Assembly: GCA_905612245.1 (NCBI GenBank)
Contig: CAJQRL010000008.1
Span: forward strand, 1-50,830
DNA: 50,830 bases
Direction: 5' to 3'
Origin: an uncultured Nitrosomonadaceae bacterium
GTDB taxonomy: Bacteria > Pseudomonadota > Gammaproteobacteria > Burkholderiales > Nitrosomonadaceae
The notes beneath the pieces were generated by a model that was not told the origin of the DNA, ran no database searches, and saw nothing but the letters and a program-made list of their open reading frames with translations. Below, in pieces: positions 9,931 through 23,654 of this stretch. Numbering within the stretch: the stretch's first letter is position 1; every line of letters begins with the position of its first letter. A program made the translations under genes and the position numbers.

Positions 9931-10422
9931 TTAATCACTAACCTTCTCTTCGTTCTTGTAACTTCCTTTCATACTTACCTGTCCATCTACGTGATACTCA
10001 ACCCAATCACCATCTCTCTTTCCGTTCTTGTAATTTCCTTTACTACTTAACTGTCCATTGTCGTGATAATAAACCCACTCACCATCTCCCTTTCCGTTCT
10101 TGTAATTTCCTCTATATCTTAAATCTCCATCGTCGTGATAATAAACCCACTCACCTTCCTCTTTTCCGTTCTTGTAACTTCCTCTATATCTTAAATCTCC
10201 ATCATCGTGATACCCGGCCCACTTACCTTCTTTCTTTCCTTCCTCTACTCTGCCTTTTTCTTTCCCAGTTACTTCCCCGGTAAAAGGAGTGAAACCGGAT
10301 ATCGAATTCGCTAGATCTTCATAATAAAGACCATCTCGTTCAACTACCGAATCTGTCTCAATCGAACAAGAGATAAGAGACAGGAGAAGTATCGGAAACA
10401 GGAATAGTATTTTCATTTTCAT
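9931..10422 (-). CDS. Secreted lipoprotein with MORN-variant (YwqK-like) repeats
   Basis: 163 aa. Signal peptide with lipobox (LLSLISC), the same repeat type, and C-terminus EKVSD. Its stop abuts the ATG of the 9013..9930 gene. Confidence 0.8.
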   Translation of the reverse strand: MKMKILFLFPILLLSLISCSIETDSVVERDGLYYEDLANSISGFTPFTGEVTGKEKGRVEEGKKEGKWAGYHDDGDLRYRGSYKNGKEEGEWVYYHDDGDLRYRGNYKNGKGDGEWVYYHDNGQLSSKGNYKNGKRDGDWVEYHVDGQVSMKGSYKNEEKVSD

Positions 10423-10826
10423 AGTTTGCCTGAGTCATTTTGAGAAAGAAAGACTAAGGATGTCATCTGTTTTTTCTCCCATCTAATTTCCATTTTCCCC
10501 CAAATTGGTTCGTATTCTTTGTTTATCTCCACGAGTCGTTCTACTCTTTCTTTATATCTTTTCAAGACTGAATAAAAAGAACTTCCAGTCTCACTCCACC
10601 TATTACCTTTGTGAGTGCGTATACCTTTTTCGTTAAGATGTTTGGTGATACGTCTATAACTCAACCCATCATCGTGAAGTGATTTAATGAGTGTATGAAT
10701 ATGTTTTTGTTCTGGAGAGTAGTTGTCTTGGTAGTGTCTCAGTCTGTTAGTTCTTATCGCAACATTGGAACAAAGGTAGTCGAAATATCTCTTTTTGACC
10801 GATGTTATTTCACAGGTAGAAATCAC
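10419..10826 (-). CDS. Stand-alone 'Recombinase'-domain (large serine recombinase DNA-binding domain-like) protein; possible remnant
   Basis: 135 aa. The segment [39 protein letters not shown] resembles the PF07508-type recombinase domain, and no resolvase catalytic domain is present. The only upstream start is GTG, overlapping the glmS stop (GTGA). Its stop overlaps the next ATG (ATGA). Confidence 0.5.
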   Translation of the reverse strand: MISTCEITSVKKRYFDYLCSNVAIRTNRLRHYQDNYSPEQKHIHTLIKSLHDDGLSYRRITKHLNEKGIRTHKGNRWSETGSSFYSVLKRYKERVERLVEINKEYEPIWGKMEIRWEKKQMTSLVFLSQNDSGKL

Positions 10827-12670
10827 TCCACCGTAACTGATTTGGCAAGATTTCTTGGCTTATCAACGTCGGTACCCTTTTGTAAGGCAACATGATAGGC
10901 GAGTAGCTGGAGTGGAATGGTGTGAAGAATCGGACTGAGTAGTCCTGCATTCTCAGCCATATTAATAACGTGAAGCCCCTCACTTTCCTGAATACGGGAA
11001 CCGGCGTCTGCAAAAACATAAAGCTCTCCTCCTCGTGCGCGTACTTCCTGTAAATTAGATTTTAGTTTCTCTAGTAACGTATCGTTAGGGGCAACTGCAA
11101 CCACCGGCATATCCTTGTCTACTAACGCAAGAGGTCCATGTTTTAGTTCGCCTGCAGCATATGCTTCTGCATGAATATAGGAAATTTCCTTGAGCTTGAG
11201 CGCGCCCTCCATAGCAATTGGATAGTGCATCCCACGTCCGAGAAACAGGGCGTGACGTTTCTGAGAAAACCTTTCAGCCCATGATTTTACCTGTTCTTCC
11301 ACTTCAAGCACATGCTGCAATGCAACAGGTAAATGTCGTAGCGTAGTAATCATTTCAAGTTCACACTCACCTGACAACTTTCCATTTAGCTTTGCTATCG
11401 TCATGGTTAATAACATCAGTGCTGCTAACTGCGTAGTAAATGCTTTGGTTGAGGCCACTCCAATTTCTGGCCCTGCGCGTGTAAGAAAACATAAGTCTGC
11501 TTGTCTCACAATCGTGCTTTCTGCAACATTGCAAATCGCAAGACTATGAATATTCCCTAATGACTTAGAATAATTGAGTGCAGCTATAGTATCTGCTGTC
11601 TCCCCAGATTGTGAAATGCCTACTACCAATGTATTGGGTCGAGAGGCTGGATTACGATAACGATATTCACTTGCGATCTCAACATTGCAAGTGATCCCAG
11701 CTACAGATTCAAGCCAGTAACGAGCAACTAGACCAGCATGATAACTGGTACCACAAGCAAGTATCAGGATCCCATCAGTATTCTTGAGAATATGTTCCGC
11801 TTTACTTCCAAATAATTGTGGTGAAATGGAATGAGCATTGAGCACCATTTCTAATGTGTTGGCTACTGCGCTCGGTTGCTCAAATATTTCTTTTTGCATG
11901 AAATGATCATAAGGACCCTTTTCTACCGCTGCATTTGTTAGCTCACTTTCATGTGCCTCACGTGTAACTTTTATATGCGGTCCGGCACCTAGACAATTTA
12001 CAATGCGATAGCTATCTTGGCATAACTCTGCAACATCTCCTTCTTCAAGATAAATCATACTCTTGGTAACTTGTAACAATGCCGAAGCATCTGAGGCGGC
12101 ATAATTTCCATTCTCTCCTAAGCCCAGTATCAATGGAGCACCATTACGAGAAACAATGATATGTTCAGGATGAGCCTCCTCCATTACAGCAATCGCGTAA
12201 GCACCTTGTAAATCAGGAATGGAGAGACAAACTGCTTCAAATAAATCAGGTGCCTTCTTTAAATTAAGCGTAATAAGGTGAGCTATAACTTCAGTATCTG
12301 TATCAGAATTGAACTCAAATCCCTCATCTTTCAATCGTTGATGTAACGCCTCATGATTCTCTATAATTCCATTATGTACCACTGCGACCTTCGATGCCTC
12401 ACCTGAAAAATGTGGATGAGCATTGCGCTCAGATGGCGCCCCATGCGTAGCCCAACGTGTATGAGCAATACCAATTTTACCTTGATACTTCTGTTCATTT
12501 ACAAGCTTACTAAGTTCGGTAACGCGCCCGGTAGTACGTACCCGATTCAACTTTCCATTTAGTAACGCTAACCCAGATGAATCATAACCACGGTACTCGA
12601 GACGACGCAAACCTTCTAGTAATACGGGAACAATATTATCCCGAGCTACTGCGCCTACTATTCCACACAT
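10823..12670 (-). CDS. glmS: Glutamine--fructose-6-phosphate aminotransferase
   Basis: 615 aa. N-terminal MCGIVG (Cys nucleophile), SIS domains, and the canonical C-terminus [12 protein letters not shown]. Confidence 0.97.
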   Translation of the reverse strand: MCGIVGAVARDNIVPVLLEGLRRLEYRGYDSSGLALLNGKLNRVRTTGRVTELSKLVNEQKYQGKIGIAHTRWATHGAPSERNAHPHFSGEASKVAVVHNGIIENHEALHQRLKDEGFEFNSDTDTEVIAHLITLNLKKAPDLFEAVCLSIPDLQGAYAIAVMEEAHPEHIIVSRNGAPLILGLGENGNYAASDASALLQVTKSMIYLEEGDVAELCQDSYRIVNCLGAGPHIKVTREAHESELTNAAVEKGPYDHFMQKEIFEQPSAVANTLEMVLNAHSISPQLFGSKAEHILKNTDGILILACGTSYHAGLVARYWLESVAGITCNVEIASEYRYRNPASRPNTLVVGISQSGETADTIAALNYSKSLGNIHSLAICNVAESTIVRQADLCFLTRAGPEIGVASTKAFTTQLAALMLLTMTIAKLNGKLSGECELEMITTLRHLPVALQHVLEVEEQVKSWAERFSQKRHALFLGRGMHYPIAMEGALKLKEISYIHAEAYAAGELKHGPLALVDKDMPVVAVAPNDTLLEKLKSNLQEVRARGGELYVFADAGSRIQESEGLHVINMAENAGLLSPILHTIPLQLLAYHVALQKGTDVDKPRNLAKSVTVE

Positions 12671-12738
12671 GGAAATTTTTCCTTATCGTTTTGATCTATA
12701 AACAACTAGAAGCCATTCGAAATTTATAATGCCACATT

Positions 12739-14106
12739 TTATTTCTTTGTTGGTCGCTTCCATCCGGGAATACTTCTTTGTTTAGAGCGTGACAAACTTA
12801 ATTCCTCTGGAGGGGTATTCATCGTAATAGTTGATCCCGCTCCTATGGTGGAGCCGTTAGTTATTTTCACAGGTGCAATTAATTGTGTATCTGAACCAAT
12901 AAACACATTGTCTTCAATAACTGTCTGAAATTTATTCACTCCATCATAATTACAAGTAATCGTCCCTGCACCCACATTAACTTTCTTCCCGACTGTTGCA
13001 TCACCAATATAGCTCAAATGATTAATTTTGCTGCCAGAATTAATACTACTATTTTTAATCTCAACAAAATTACCGACATGAATTTTATCAGCCAAACTCG
13101 TTCCTGGGCGTATACGAGAAAATGGTCCAACTCTACAGTTTTTTCCTATATCAGCATCTTCAATAAGACTAAATGGAAATATGATTGTGGCTGCTTTTAT
13201 TTTTACATTTTTTAATATGCAGTGAGCGCCAATTTTCACCCTATCACCTAGTATAACTTCACCCTCAAAAATACAATTGATATCTATCTCTACATCCTTT
13301 CCACAATTTAATTTCCCACGAACATCAATTCGTGAAGCGTCGATTAATGTAACGCCTTGCTCAAGTAATTTTTCTGCATAATTTTTTTGGTAGGTTCGTT
13401 CAAGTGCAGCTAATTGTACTTTGCTATTCACACCCAGAACCTCCCAATTATTAGATGGATGTGCCGCCTCTATTTTTTTTCCAGCCTTAGCTGCTATTGC
13501 TACGATATCGGTAAGATAATATTCTTTTTGAGAATTTTTATTCTCGAGTTTAGGTAACCACTCATGTAAATTAGCATTTGGAATTACCATAATACCCGTG
13601 TTAATTTCTTTAATTTTCTGCTGATCTATATTTGTGTCTTTATCTTCAACAATTGCAATAATATTATTAGCTTCAGTATCTCGCACAATTCTTCCATAAC
13701 CAGTTGGGTCATCTAGCCTCACTGTTAGTAATGCTAGGTTTTCTTTTGAGGAAGCTGATATTAATTTTTGAAGTGTTTCAAGACTAATTAGAGGTACATC
13801 ACCATATAAAACCAGCGTCAAACCTTTCTTATCTAAATGTGGCAGGGTCTGCATCAACGCATGTCCTGTACCAAGTTGAGGTTCTTGTTTGACCCATATC
13901 AGCTCATTTTTGCCTATAGCTTCCCGAACAGCATCATTGCCATGTCCATATACTACACAGATTTTATGTGGCAATAATGCATTAGCGGTATCAAGCGCAT
14001 GAGATAGCAGTGGCTTTCCTGCAAGAGAATGTAAAACCTTTGGTAAAGACGAGTTCATCCGCTTACCAAGACCGGCTGCTAATATAATGATATTAAGTTC
14101 TTTCAC
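12739..14106 (-). CDS. glmU: Bifunctional UDP-N-acetylglucosamine pyrophosphorylase / GlcN-1-P acetyltransferase
   Basis: 455 aa. N-terminal ILAAGLGKRM motif and C-terminal left-handed beta-helix hexapeptide repeats. Lies upstream of glmS. Confidence 0.95.
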   Translation of the reverse strand: MKELNIIILAAGLGKRMNSSLPKVLHSLAGKPLLSHALDTANALLPHKICVVYGHGNDAVREAIGKNELIWVKQEPQLGTGHALMQTLPHLDKKGLTLVLYGDVPLISLETLQKLISASSKENLALLTVRLDDPTGYGRIVRDTEANNIIAIVEDKDTNIDQQKIKEINTGIMVIPNANLHEWLPKLENKNSQKEYYLTDIVAIAAKAGKKIEAAHPSNNWEVLGVNSKVQLAALERTYQKNYAEKLLEQGVTLIDASRIDVRGKLNCGKDVEIDINCIFEGEVILGDRVKIGAHCILKNVKIKAATIIFPFSLIEDADIGKNCRVGPFSRIRPGTSLADKIHVGNFVEIKNSSINSGSKINHLSYIGDATVGKKVNVGAGTITCNYDGVNKFQTVIEDNVFIGSDTQLIAPVKITNGSTIGAGSTITMNTPPEELSLSRSKQRSIPGWKRPTKK

Positions 14107-14177
14107 GCGATAGGTATGTAACTATTCTGGTGGGAAATATAAAGTTTAACTTTAATTTTAATTAAATGCTTAAATTA

Positions 14178-14208
14178 TATTGAGAAAATAAAAAAGGCGA
14201 CCTAGGTC
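14178..14208 (-). terminator. Rho-independent terminator of the atp operon (bidirectional hairpin)
   Basis: Palindrome GGCGACCTAGGTCGCC (14186-14201) flanked by AAAAAA on one side and TTTTT on the other. Located about 30 nt downstream of the atpC stop. Confidence 0.85.
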
Positions 14209-14234
14209 GCCTTTTTCTACTTCCGAATTATCTA

Positions 14235-14660
14235 CTAACGCGGATGCTTTCTTATCTTTTCAATTGCTGCTATTTGAGCAAGAGACTCTGCCAATTCTGC
14301 CTGAGCTTTAGCATAATCAATTTTAGAAGACTTATCTTTCATGGCCTCTTCTGCACGAACTTTAGCTTCAAGAGCCTTAGCCTCATCCAGATCAGCGCCT
14401 CGAATAGCAGTATCAGCAAGAATAGTCACAATACTGGGCTGTACTTCTAGCATTCCACCAGAAACATAAATTAATTCATCCTCAGCCTGATCAGGAATTC
14501 TAATCCGTACTGAACCTGGTTTTATTCTTGTAATCATTGGTGCATGACGTGGGTAAATACCTACTTCCCCCATTTGCGCCGGCACAATGACTACCTCAGC
14601 GAGCCCAGAAAAAATTTCCTGCTCAGCACTTACCACATCTACATGTATTGTCATTGCCAT
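14235..14660 (-). CDS. atpC: F0F1 ATP synthase subunit epsilon
   Basis: 141 aa, last gene of the atp operon, with a typical epsilon N-terminal beta-sandwich sequence. Confidence 0.93.
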   Translation of the reverse strand: MAMTIHVDVVSAEQEIFSGLAEVVIVPAQMGEVGIYPRHAPMITRIKPGSVRIRIPDQAEDELIYVSGGMLEVQPSIVTILADTAIRGADLDEAKALEAKVRAEEAMKDKSSKIDYAKAQAELAESLAQIAAIEKIRKHPR

Positions 14661-14673
14661 ATATTAATTTTTA

Positions 14674-16059
<1,386 letters not shown>

Positions 16060-16081
16060 TTAATTACTAAATCGAAAATTA

Positions 16082-16990
16082 TTAAACCGCTGCAGCGCCC
16101 GCAACTATCTCAGAAAGCTCTTTAGTGATAGCTGCTTGACGGGTCTTGTTGTAAACCAATGTAAGCTCGTTAATTACGTCTCCCGCATTATCTGATGCGG
16201 CCTTCATTGCTACCATCCGAGCAGATTGCTCAGAAGCTATATTCTCTGTCAAAGATTGATAAATGAGTGCCTCTATATATCTCACCATTACATCATCAAT
16301 AACAGTTTTAGCATCCGGTTCGTATATGTAGTCCCATGTCCCAGCCGGTCCTTCATGATTCTTGCCATCGCTTTCTTGCCCTTCTTCACTACTGCCCTGT
16401 AGCTGTTCATCAGATAATGGAAGTAATTGCTCCACTATAGGCTCTTGTTTCATAGCATTAATAAATTTGGTATAGAAAAGGTAAACTCGATCAAAACGAT
16501 CTTCATTATATCCGTCGAGCACTACCTTAACTGCGCCGATAAGACTATCAATATTTGGCGCATCACCTAATCCAACGACATTAGAGACTACATTAGCTCC
16601 AATTCGTGTCATGAAACCTAAACTTTTATTGCCAATACAGCAGACTTCTATCTGCTCTCCTTCACCTTCCCACTCTTTAATTTTTGCAGTAGCCAAGCGC
16701 AGGATGTTTGTATTAAGCCCCCCGCACAAACCTTTATCGGAAGTAACGACAATGATTCCAATACGCTTTACTGAGTCTCTTTCTACTAAGAATGGGTGTT
16801 TATATTCACTACTAGCACGACTCATATGCGCTGCCACATTCCGGATTTTATCTCCGTATGGACGGGCTTTTTTCATCCGCTCTTGTGCCTTCCGCATTTT
16901 AGATGCAGCAACCATTTCCATCGCACGTGTGATCTTTTGCGTATTTTTTACGCTACTGATCTTGGTCCGTATTTCTCTGCTTCCAGCCAT
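16082..16990 (-). CDS. atpG: F0F1 ATP synthase subunit gamma
   Basis: 302 aa. N-terminal [24 protein letters not shown] and a conserved C-terminal helix. Confidence 0.96.
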   Translation of the reverse strand: MAGSREIRTKISSVKNTQKITRAMEMVAASKMRKAQERMKKARPYGDKIRNVAAHMSRASSEYKHPFLVERDSVKRIGIIVVTSDKGLCGGLNTNILRLATAKIKEWEGEGEQIEVCCIGNKSLGFMTRIGANVVSNVVGLGDAPNIDSLIGAVKVVLDGYNEDRFDRVYLFYTKFINAMKQEPIVEQLLPLSDEQLQGSSEEGQESDGKNHEGPAGTWDYIYEPDAKTVIDDVMVRYIEALIYQSLTENIASEQSARMVAMKAASDNAGDVINELTLVYNKTRQAAITKELSEIVAGAAAV

Positions 16991-16993
16991 AGC

Positions 16994-18535
16994 TTAATAA
17001 GATCCGCTCGATTTAAAGTCTTGAACTGCCGCATCAAGCGCTTTATCAGTTTCAGCGTCAAGTTCACCACTTGTTTGGATTTTGTCCATGATGTCGCTGT
17101 ATTTACTCCGCATATGACCCCTAAGTGCAGATTCAAATGCTAGTGCACGACCTACTTCTACATCATCTAAGTATCCCTTGTTAACAGCAAATAATGTGAG
17201 CGCCATTTCTGCCACACTTAAAGTAGCATATTGTGCTTGCTTCATCAGCTCTGTTACCATTTTTCCACGTTCTAATTGCTTTCTGGTAGCTTCATCAAGA
17301 TCAGAAGCAAATTGAGCAAATGCTGCTAGTTCACGATACTGTGCTAAAGCTAAACGTACACCACCACCTAGTTTTTTAATTACCTTGGTTTGTGCTGCGC
17401 CACCAACACGAGATACAGAAACCCCCGCGTTAATTGCAGGACGAATACCCGCATTAAATAAATCAGTTTCCAGGAATATCTGTCCATCGGTGATAGAAAT
17501 TACGTTGGTAGGAACAAAAGCTGTAACGTCACCAGCTTGTGTTTCAATTACTGGCATCGCAGTTAGTGAACCTGTTTTACCCTTAACCTTACCTTCAGTA
17601 GCTTTTTCAACATAATCTTCACTGACACGTGCTGCTCGTTCGAGCAATCGTGAATGTAGATAGAACACATCGCCAGGATAAGCTTCACGACCTGGTGGTC
17701 TACGAAGCAACAATGATATTTGACGGTATGCCCATGCTTGTTTGGTTAAATCATCATAAATGATTAGAGCATCTTCACCCTTATCACGGAAGTATTCTCC
17801 CATTGTGCAACCAGAGTATGGTGCAATAAATTGCATTGCTGCTGATTCAGATGCGGTAGCTGCAACTACAATCGTGTATTCCATTGCGCCGTGCTCTTCT
17901 AGTTTACGTACTACGTTTGCAACTGAAGATGCTTTTTGTCCGATTGCAACATAGATGCAGGTCATGTTCTGACCTTTCTGATTAATAATGGTATCAATCG
18001 CTACAGCTGTTTTACCAGTTTGACGATCACCAATAATTAATTCTCTTTGTCCTCGTCCTACAGGAACCATGGCATCAATTGATTTCAATCCAGTTTGTAC
18101 AGGTTGATCAACAGATTTACGCCAGATTACCCCTGGAGCAATTTTTTCAATTGGTTCAGAACCATTTGCTTCTATTGGTCCTTTCCCGTCTATTGGCTGG
18201 CCAAGTGAATTAACAACCCGCCCCATTAGCTCTTCGCCTACAGGTACCTCTAAAATACGACCGGTACACTTGACAATATCACCTTCGGTTATGTGCTCAT
18301 ATTCACCTAGAATCACTGCGCCCACAGAATCACGCTCAAGATTTAGCGCAAGTCCAAAAGTGTTACCGGGAAACTCAAGCATTTCTCCTTGCATCACATC
18401 AGACAGGCCGTGAACACGCACAATTCCGTCAGTAACCGAAACTACGGTTCCTTGAGTCTTGATCTCCGAAGTGGCATCAAGTCCTTCTATCTTATTCTTA
18501 ATCAGTTCGCTAATTTCAGATGGATTTAACTGCAT
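16994..18535 (-). CDS. atpA: F0F1 ATP synthase subunit alpha
   Basis: 513 aa with Walker A GDRQTGKT and conserved alpha-subunit sequence throughout. Confidence 0.98.
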   Translation of the reverse strand: MQLNPSEISELIKNKIEGLDATSEIKTQGTVVSVTDGIVRVHGLSDVMQGEMLEFPGNTFGLALNLERDSVGAVILGEYEHITEGDIVKCTGRILEVPVGEELMGRVVNSLGQPIDGKGPIEANGSEPIEKIAPGVIWRKSVDQPVQTGLKSIDAMVPVGRGQRELIIGDRQTGKTAVAIDTIINQKGQNMTCIYVAIGQKASSVANVVRKLEEHGAMEYTIVVAATASESAAMQFIAPYSGCTMGEYFRDKGEDALIIYDDLTKQAWAYRQISLLLRRPPGREAYPGDVFYLHSRLLERAARVSEDYVEKATEGKVKGKTGSLTAMPVIETQAGDVTAFVPTNVISITDGQIFLETDLFNAGIRPAINAGVSVSRVGGAAQTKVIKKLGGGVRLALAQYRELAAFAQFASDLDEATRKQLERGKMVTELMKQAQYATLSVAEMALTLFAVNKGYLDDVEVGRALAFESALRGHMRSKYSDIMDKIQTSGELDAETDKALDAAVQDFKSSGSY

Positions 18536-18547
18536 TTCTTATAACTC

Positions 18548-19108
18548 CTAGCTTTTAAGCGCAACAGACATGGCTTCCAGTTTTCCGCGTACAGAGGCAT
18601 CTAACACCTCGTCGCCAATCTCAACCTTTACCCCACCTATTAATTCGGGATTTACATCTACCTTGGCCTCTATTTTGCACTTAAACTTAGACTCGAGGCC
18701 TGTTACTAAGTCATTAAGTTGTTGTTTTGTTATGGCAAATGCGGAAGTAATTTTTGCTTCCAGCACACCATCTTGTTGTGTTTTCAGTTGCTCAAATAAT
18801 TCGCTTACCTCGGGCAATACTGCAACCCGCTTTCCTTCAGCCAATAATAAGATAAAAGTGCAATTATCTTTATCAAGCTTTTTGCCACATATACCAAGGT
18901 GTAAAATGCCGCATATTTCTAATAGTAATTCACCCAATCGTTTAGCAGGTACCGAAGGATTGCCTAGAAGAGAGCGTATACGTTCGTCATTTGCCACAAA
19001 TGCAGCTAATTTAAGCATGTTAGACCAGTCTGATAATTTATCACTGGTCTTAGCTAGCTTAAACGCTGCTTCCGCATATGGACGTGCTATTGTTAGTGCT
19101 TCAGCCAT
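18548..19108 (-). CDS. atpH: F0F1 ATP synthase subunit delta (with an 8-codon in-frame insertion)
   Basis: 186 aa, positioned between atpF and atpA, with the N-terminus IARPYAEAAF. See the finding on the ICGILHLGICG segment. Confidence 0.92.
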   Translation of the reverse strand: MAEALTIARPYAEAAFKLAKTSDKLSDWSNMLKLAAFVANDERIRSLLGNPSVPAKRLGELLLEICGILHLGICGKKLDKDNCTFILLLAEGKRVAVLPEVSELFEQLKTQQDGVLEAKITSAFAITKQQLNDLVTGLESKFKCKIEAKVDVNPELIGGVKVEIGDEVLDASVRGKLEAMSVALKS

Positions 19109-19111
19109 AGA

Positions 19112-19582
19112 TTATAGCTCTGCCTTAATATTTTTAAGTAATTCAGCGTGAGCTTTAGCATCTACTTCTCGGTCCAGAATCTTTGCCGCACCAGCTACAG
19201 CTAAATCAGCTACATTCTGACGCAACATCTCTCTGGCACGAACGACCTCTTGCTCAACCTCAGCTTTCGCCATTGAAACAATCCGATCCCCTTCTTCTTT
19301 AGCGAGACCTTTTGCTTCCTCGACTACCTGAGATGACCTTTTTTCTGCTTGAGTTATTATTTCAGCAGCTTTCTGCTTTGCTGTAAGCATTTCGTCAGCA
19401 GCACTCTTAGAAGCCAACTCTAACTCTTGCTTACCGCGTTCTCCCGCCGCCAAACCATCAGCAATTTGTTTCTTGCGATCACTAAGTGCTTGCATAATTG
19501 GCGGCCATACAAATTTCATACAGAACCAGACAAACAATATAAACATGATTGTTTGTGCGATTAAGGTAGCATTGATATTCAT
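19112..19582 (-). CDS. atpF: F0F1 ATP synthase subunit b
   Basis: 156 aa. Single N-terminal TM helix followed by a long charged helix. Operon position fits. Confidence 0.93.
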   Translation of the reverse strand: MNINATLIAQTIMFILFVWFCMKFVWPPIMQALSDRKKQIADGLAAGERGKQELELASKSAADEMLTAKQKAAEIITQAEKRSSQVVEEAKGLAKEEGDRIVSMAKAEVEQEVVRAREMLRQNVADLAVAGAAKILDREVDAKAHAELLKNIKAEL

Positions 19583-19618
19583 GTACGAACCTTTTTAATG
19601 ATTAACAATGTCGGAGAT

Positions 19619-19864
<246 letters not shown>

Positions 19865-19887
19865 CTATAAATAAAATATTACAAAAA

Positions 19888-20796
<909 letters not shown>

Positions 20797-21168
20797 TTAA
20801 TTACTTTTATTCTCACCTTGTAGCGGAGCAATTATCCATGCCAACTGACTCGCTACAAAACCAACTAAAACTGCTAAAGGAACAAGCTTAAATGTCCCCA
20901 TCCCTATAGCTAAAAGTATACTTAGTACCAAAAAGCGCTCCGCTCCGGAGCGATAAAATCTCCACAAATGCTGCTGCGGTTCTTTCAGGGTTTTGTGTTT
21001 ACTACTTTGCATGCGCCAAAGTAACAACAGCGTACCAATCAAAGCAACTACCCCACCATATATCGCAGCTCCTGCCTCCGCTTCACCTTCTAAGGCATAA
21101 GCAACTACCCCGGCTATTACGGAAATTACTATTTGCAGTACTGCTGTACGGTGTACGCTGGATTTCAT
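20797..21168 (-). CDS. atpI: ATP synthase protein I
   Basis: 123-aa small hydrophobic protein, first gene of the atp operon. Confidence 0.75.
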   Translation of the reverse strand: MKSSVHRTAVLQIVISVIAGVVAYALEGEAEAGAAIYGGVVALIGTLLLLWRMQSSKHKTLKEPQQHLWRFYRSGAERFLVLSILLAIGMGTFKLVPLAVLVGFVASQLAWIIAPLQGENKSN

Positions 21169-21593
21169 TACCGCATCTCAACGCTTGATTTCCGAAGTCC
21201 AACGCTGGAAAAAGCGAGAGTTTAATGTTTCATTGAAAGACTGTCAAGAGACAACTCTTGGGGATTTCAAGCTATATATCTTAATAGCGTTTATCCACAG
21301 CAAATTAGAGAAATTAAAACAATGAAGCCATAACATATTTAACAGATAATTTTTATGCCCATTCTCTTTTTAGGATCACTCCTTCCTGCAATTTAATTCT
21401 ATTTCTTGACCACAATGTTGAGTAGTTCTACTATGCTCATAAAATAGTTCCCCAACTTACTTTATCCTTATTTCTGGCAATTGCCTCTTAAAGATTTAGT
21501 AAATTAGGCTATTTATACCCAAAGCTAGATATTTTATTGGGGCGACTCATTTCGCATGAGCTGATGTGGACAATTAAATTAAACTAATTTATT

Positions 21594-23600
<2,007 letters not shown>

Positions 23601-23654
23601 AGGTAAGGAATTTAAGAGAGCACGCTTACAGATTAATTATTTGGCTAAAGATTT

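Noticed and set aside
7337-10826. An intact Tn7-like or other mobile element inserted downstream of glmS.
   Set aside because: There are no transposase- or integrase-sized ORFs and no tnsABCDE-like genes. I could find no terminal inverted repeats or target-site duplications by eye. Only the catalytic-domain-less recombinase-like ORF hints at past mobility.
10695-11019. Small ORFs (66 aa on the plus strand, 69 aa on the minus strand) around the glmS 3' end.
   Set aside because: They overlap the well-supported glmS C-terminus or the recombinase-like ORF in other frames, and nothing supports them as coding.
18570-19151. 193-aa plus-strand ORF. Similar long antisense ORFs occur at 16611-16997, 24493-24891, 34104-34649 and 22587-23006.
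   Set aside because: They lie entirely antisense to strongly supported conserved genes (atpH/atpF, atpG, M16 peptidase, mlaE, coaD). Their composition is low-complexity Ser/Pro/Ala/Thr-rich, and they have no RBS or recognisable motifs. These are shadow ORFs.
21291-21573. A perfect DnaA box TTATCCACA (21291-21299) and a one-mismatch box (TGTGGACAA, 21565-21573) in the 425-bp AT-rich atpI-yggS spacer. This raised the possibility of an origin of replication, since oriC lies near the atp operon in E. coli.
   Set aside because: There are only two boxes. About 0.4 perfect 9-mers are expected by chance in 50 kb on both strands. There is no cluster of boxes, no recognisable AT-rich unwinding repeats, and no gidA/parAB/dnaA neighbours. 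The region is more simply the atp operon promoter region.
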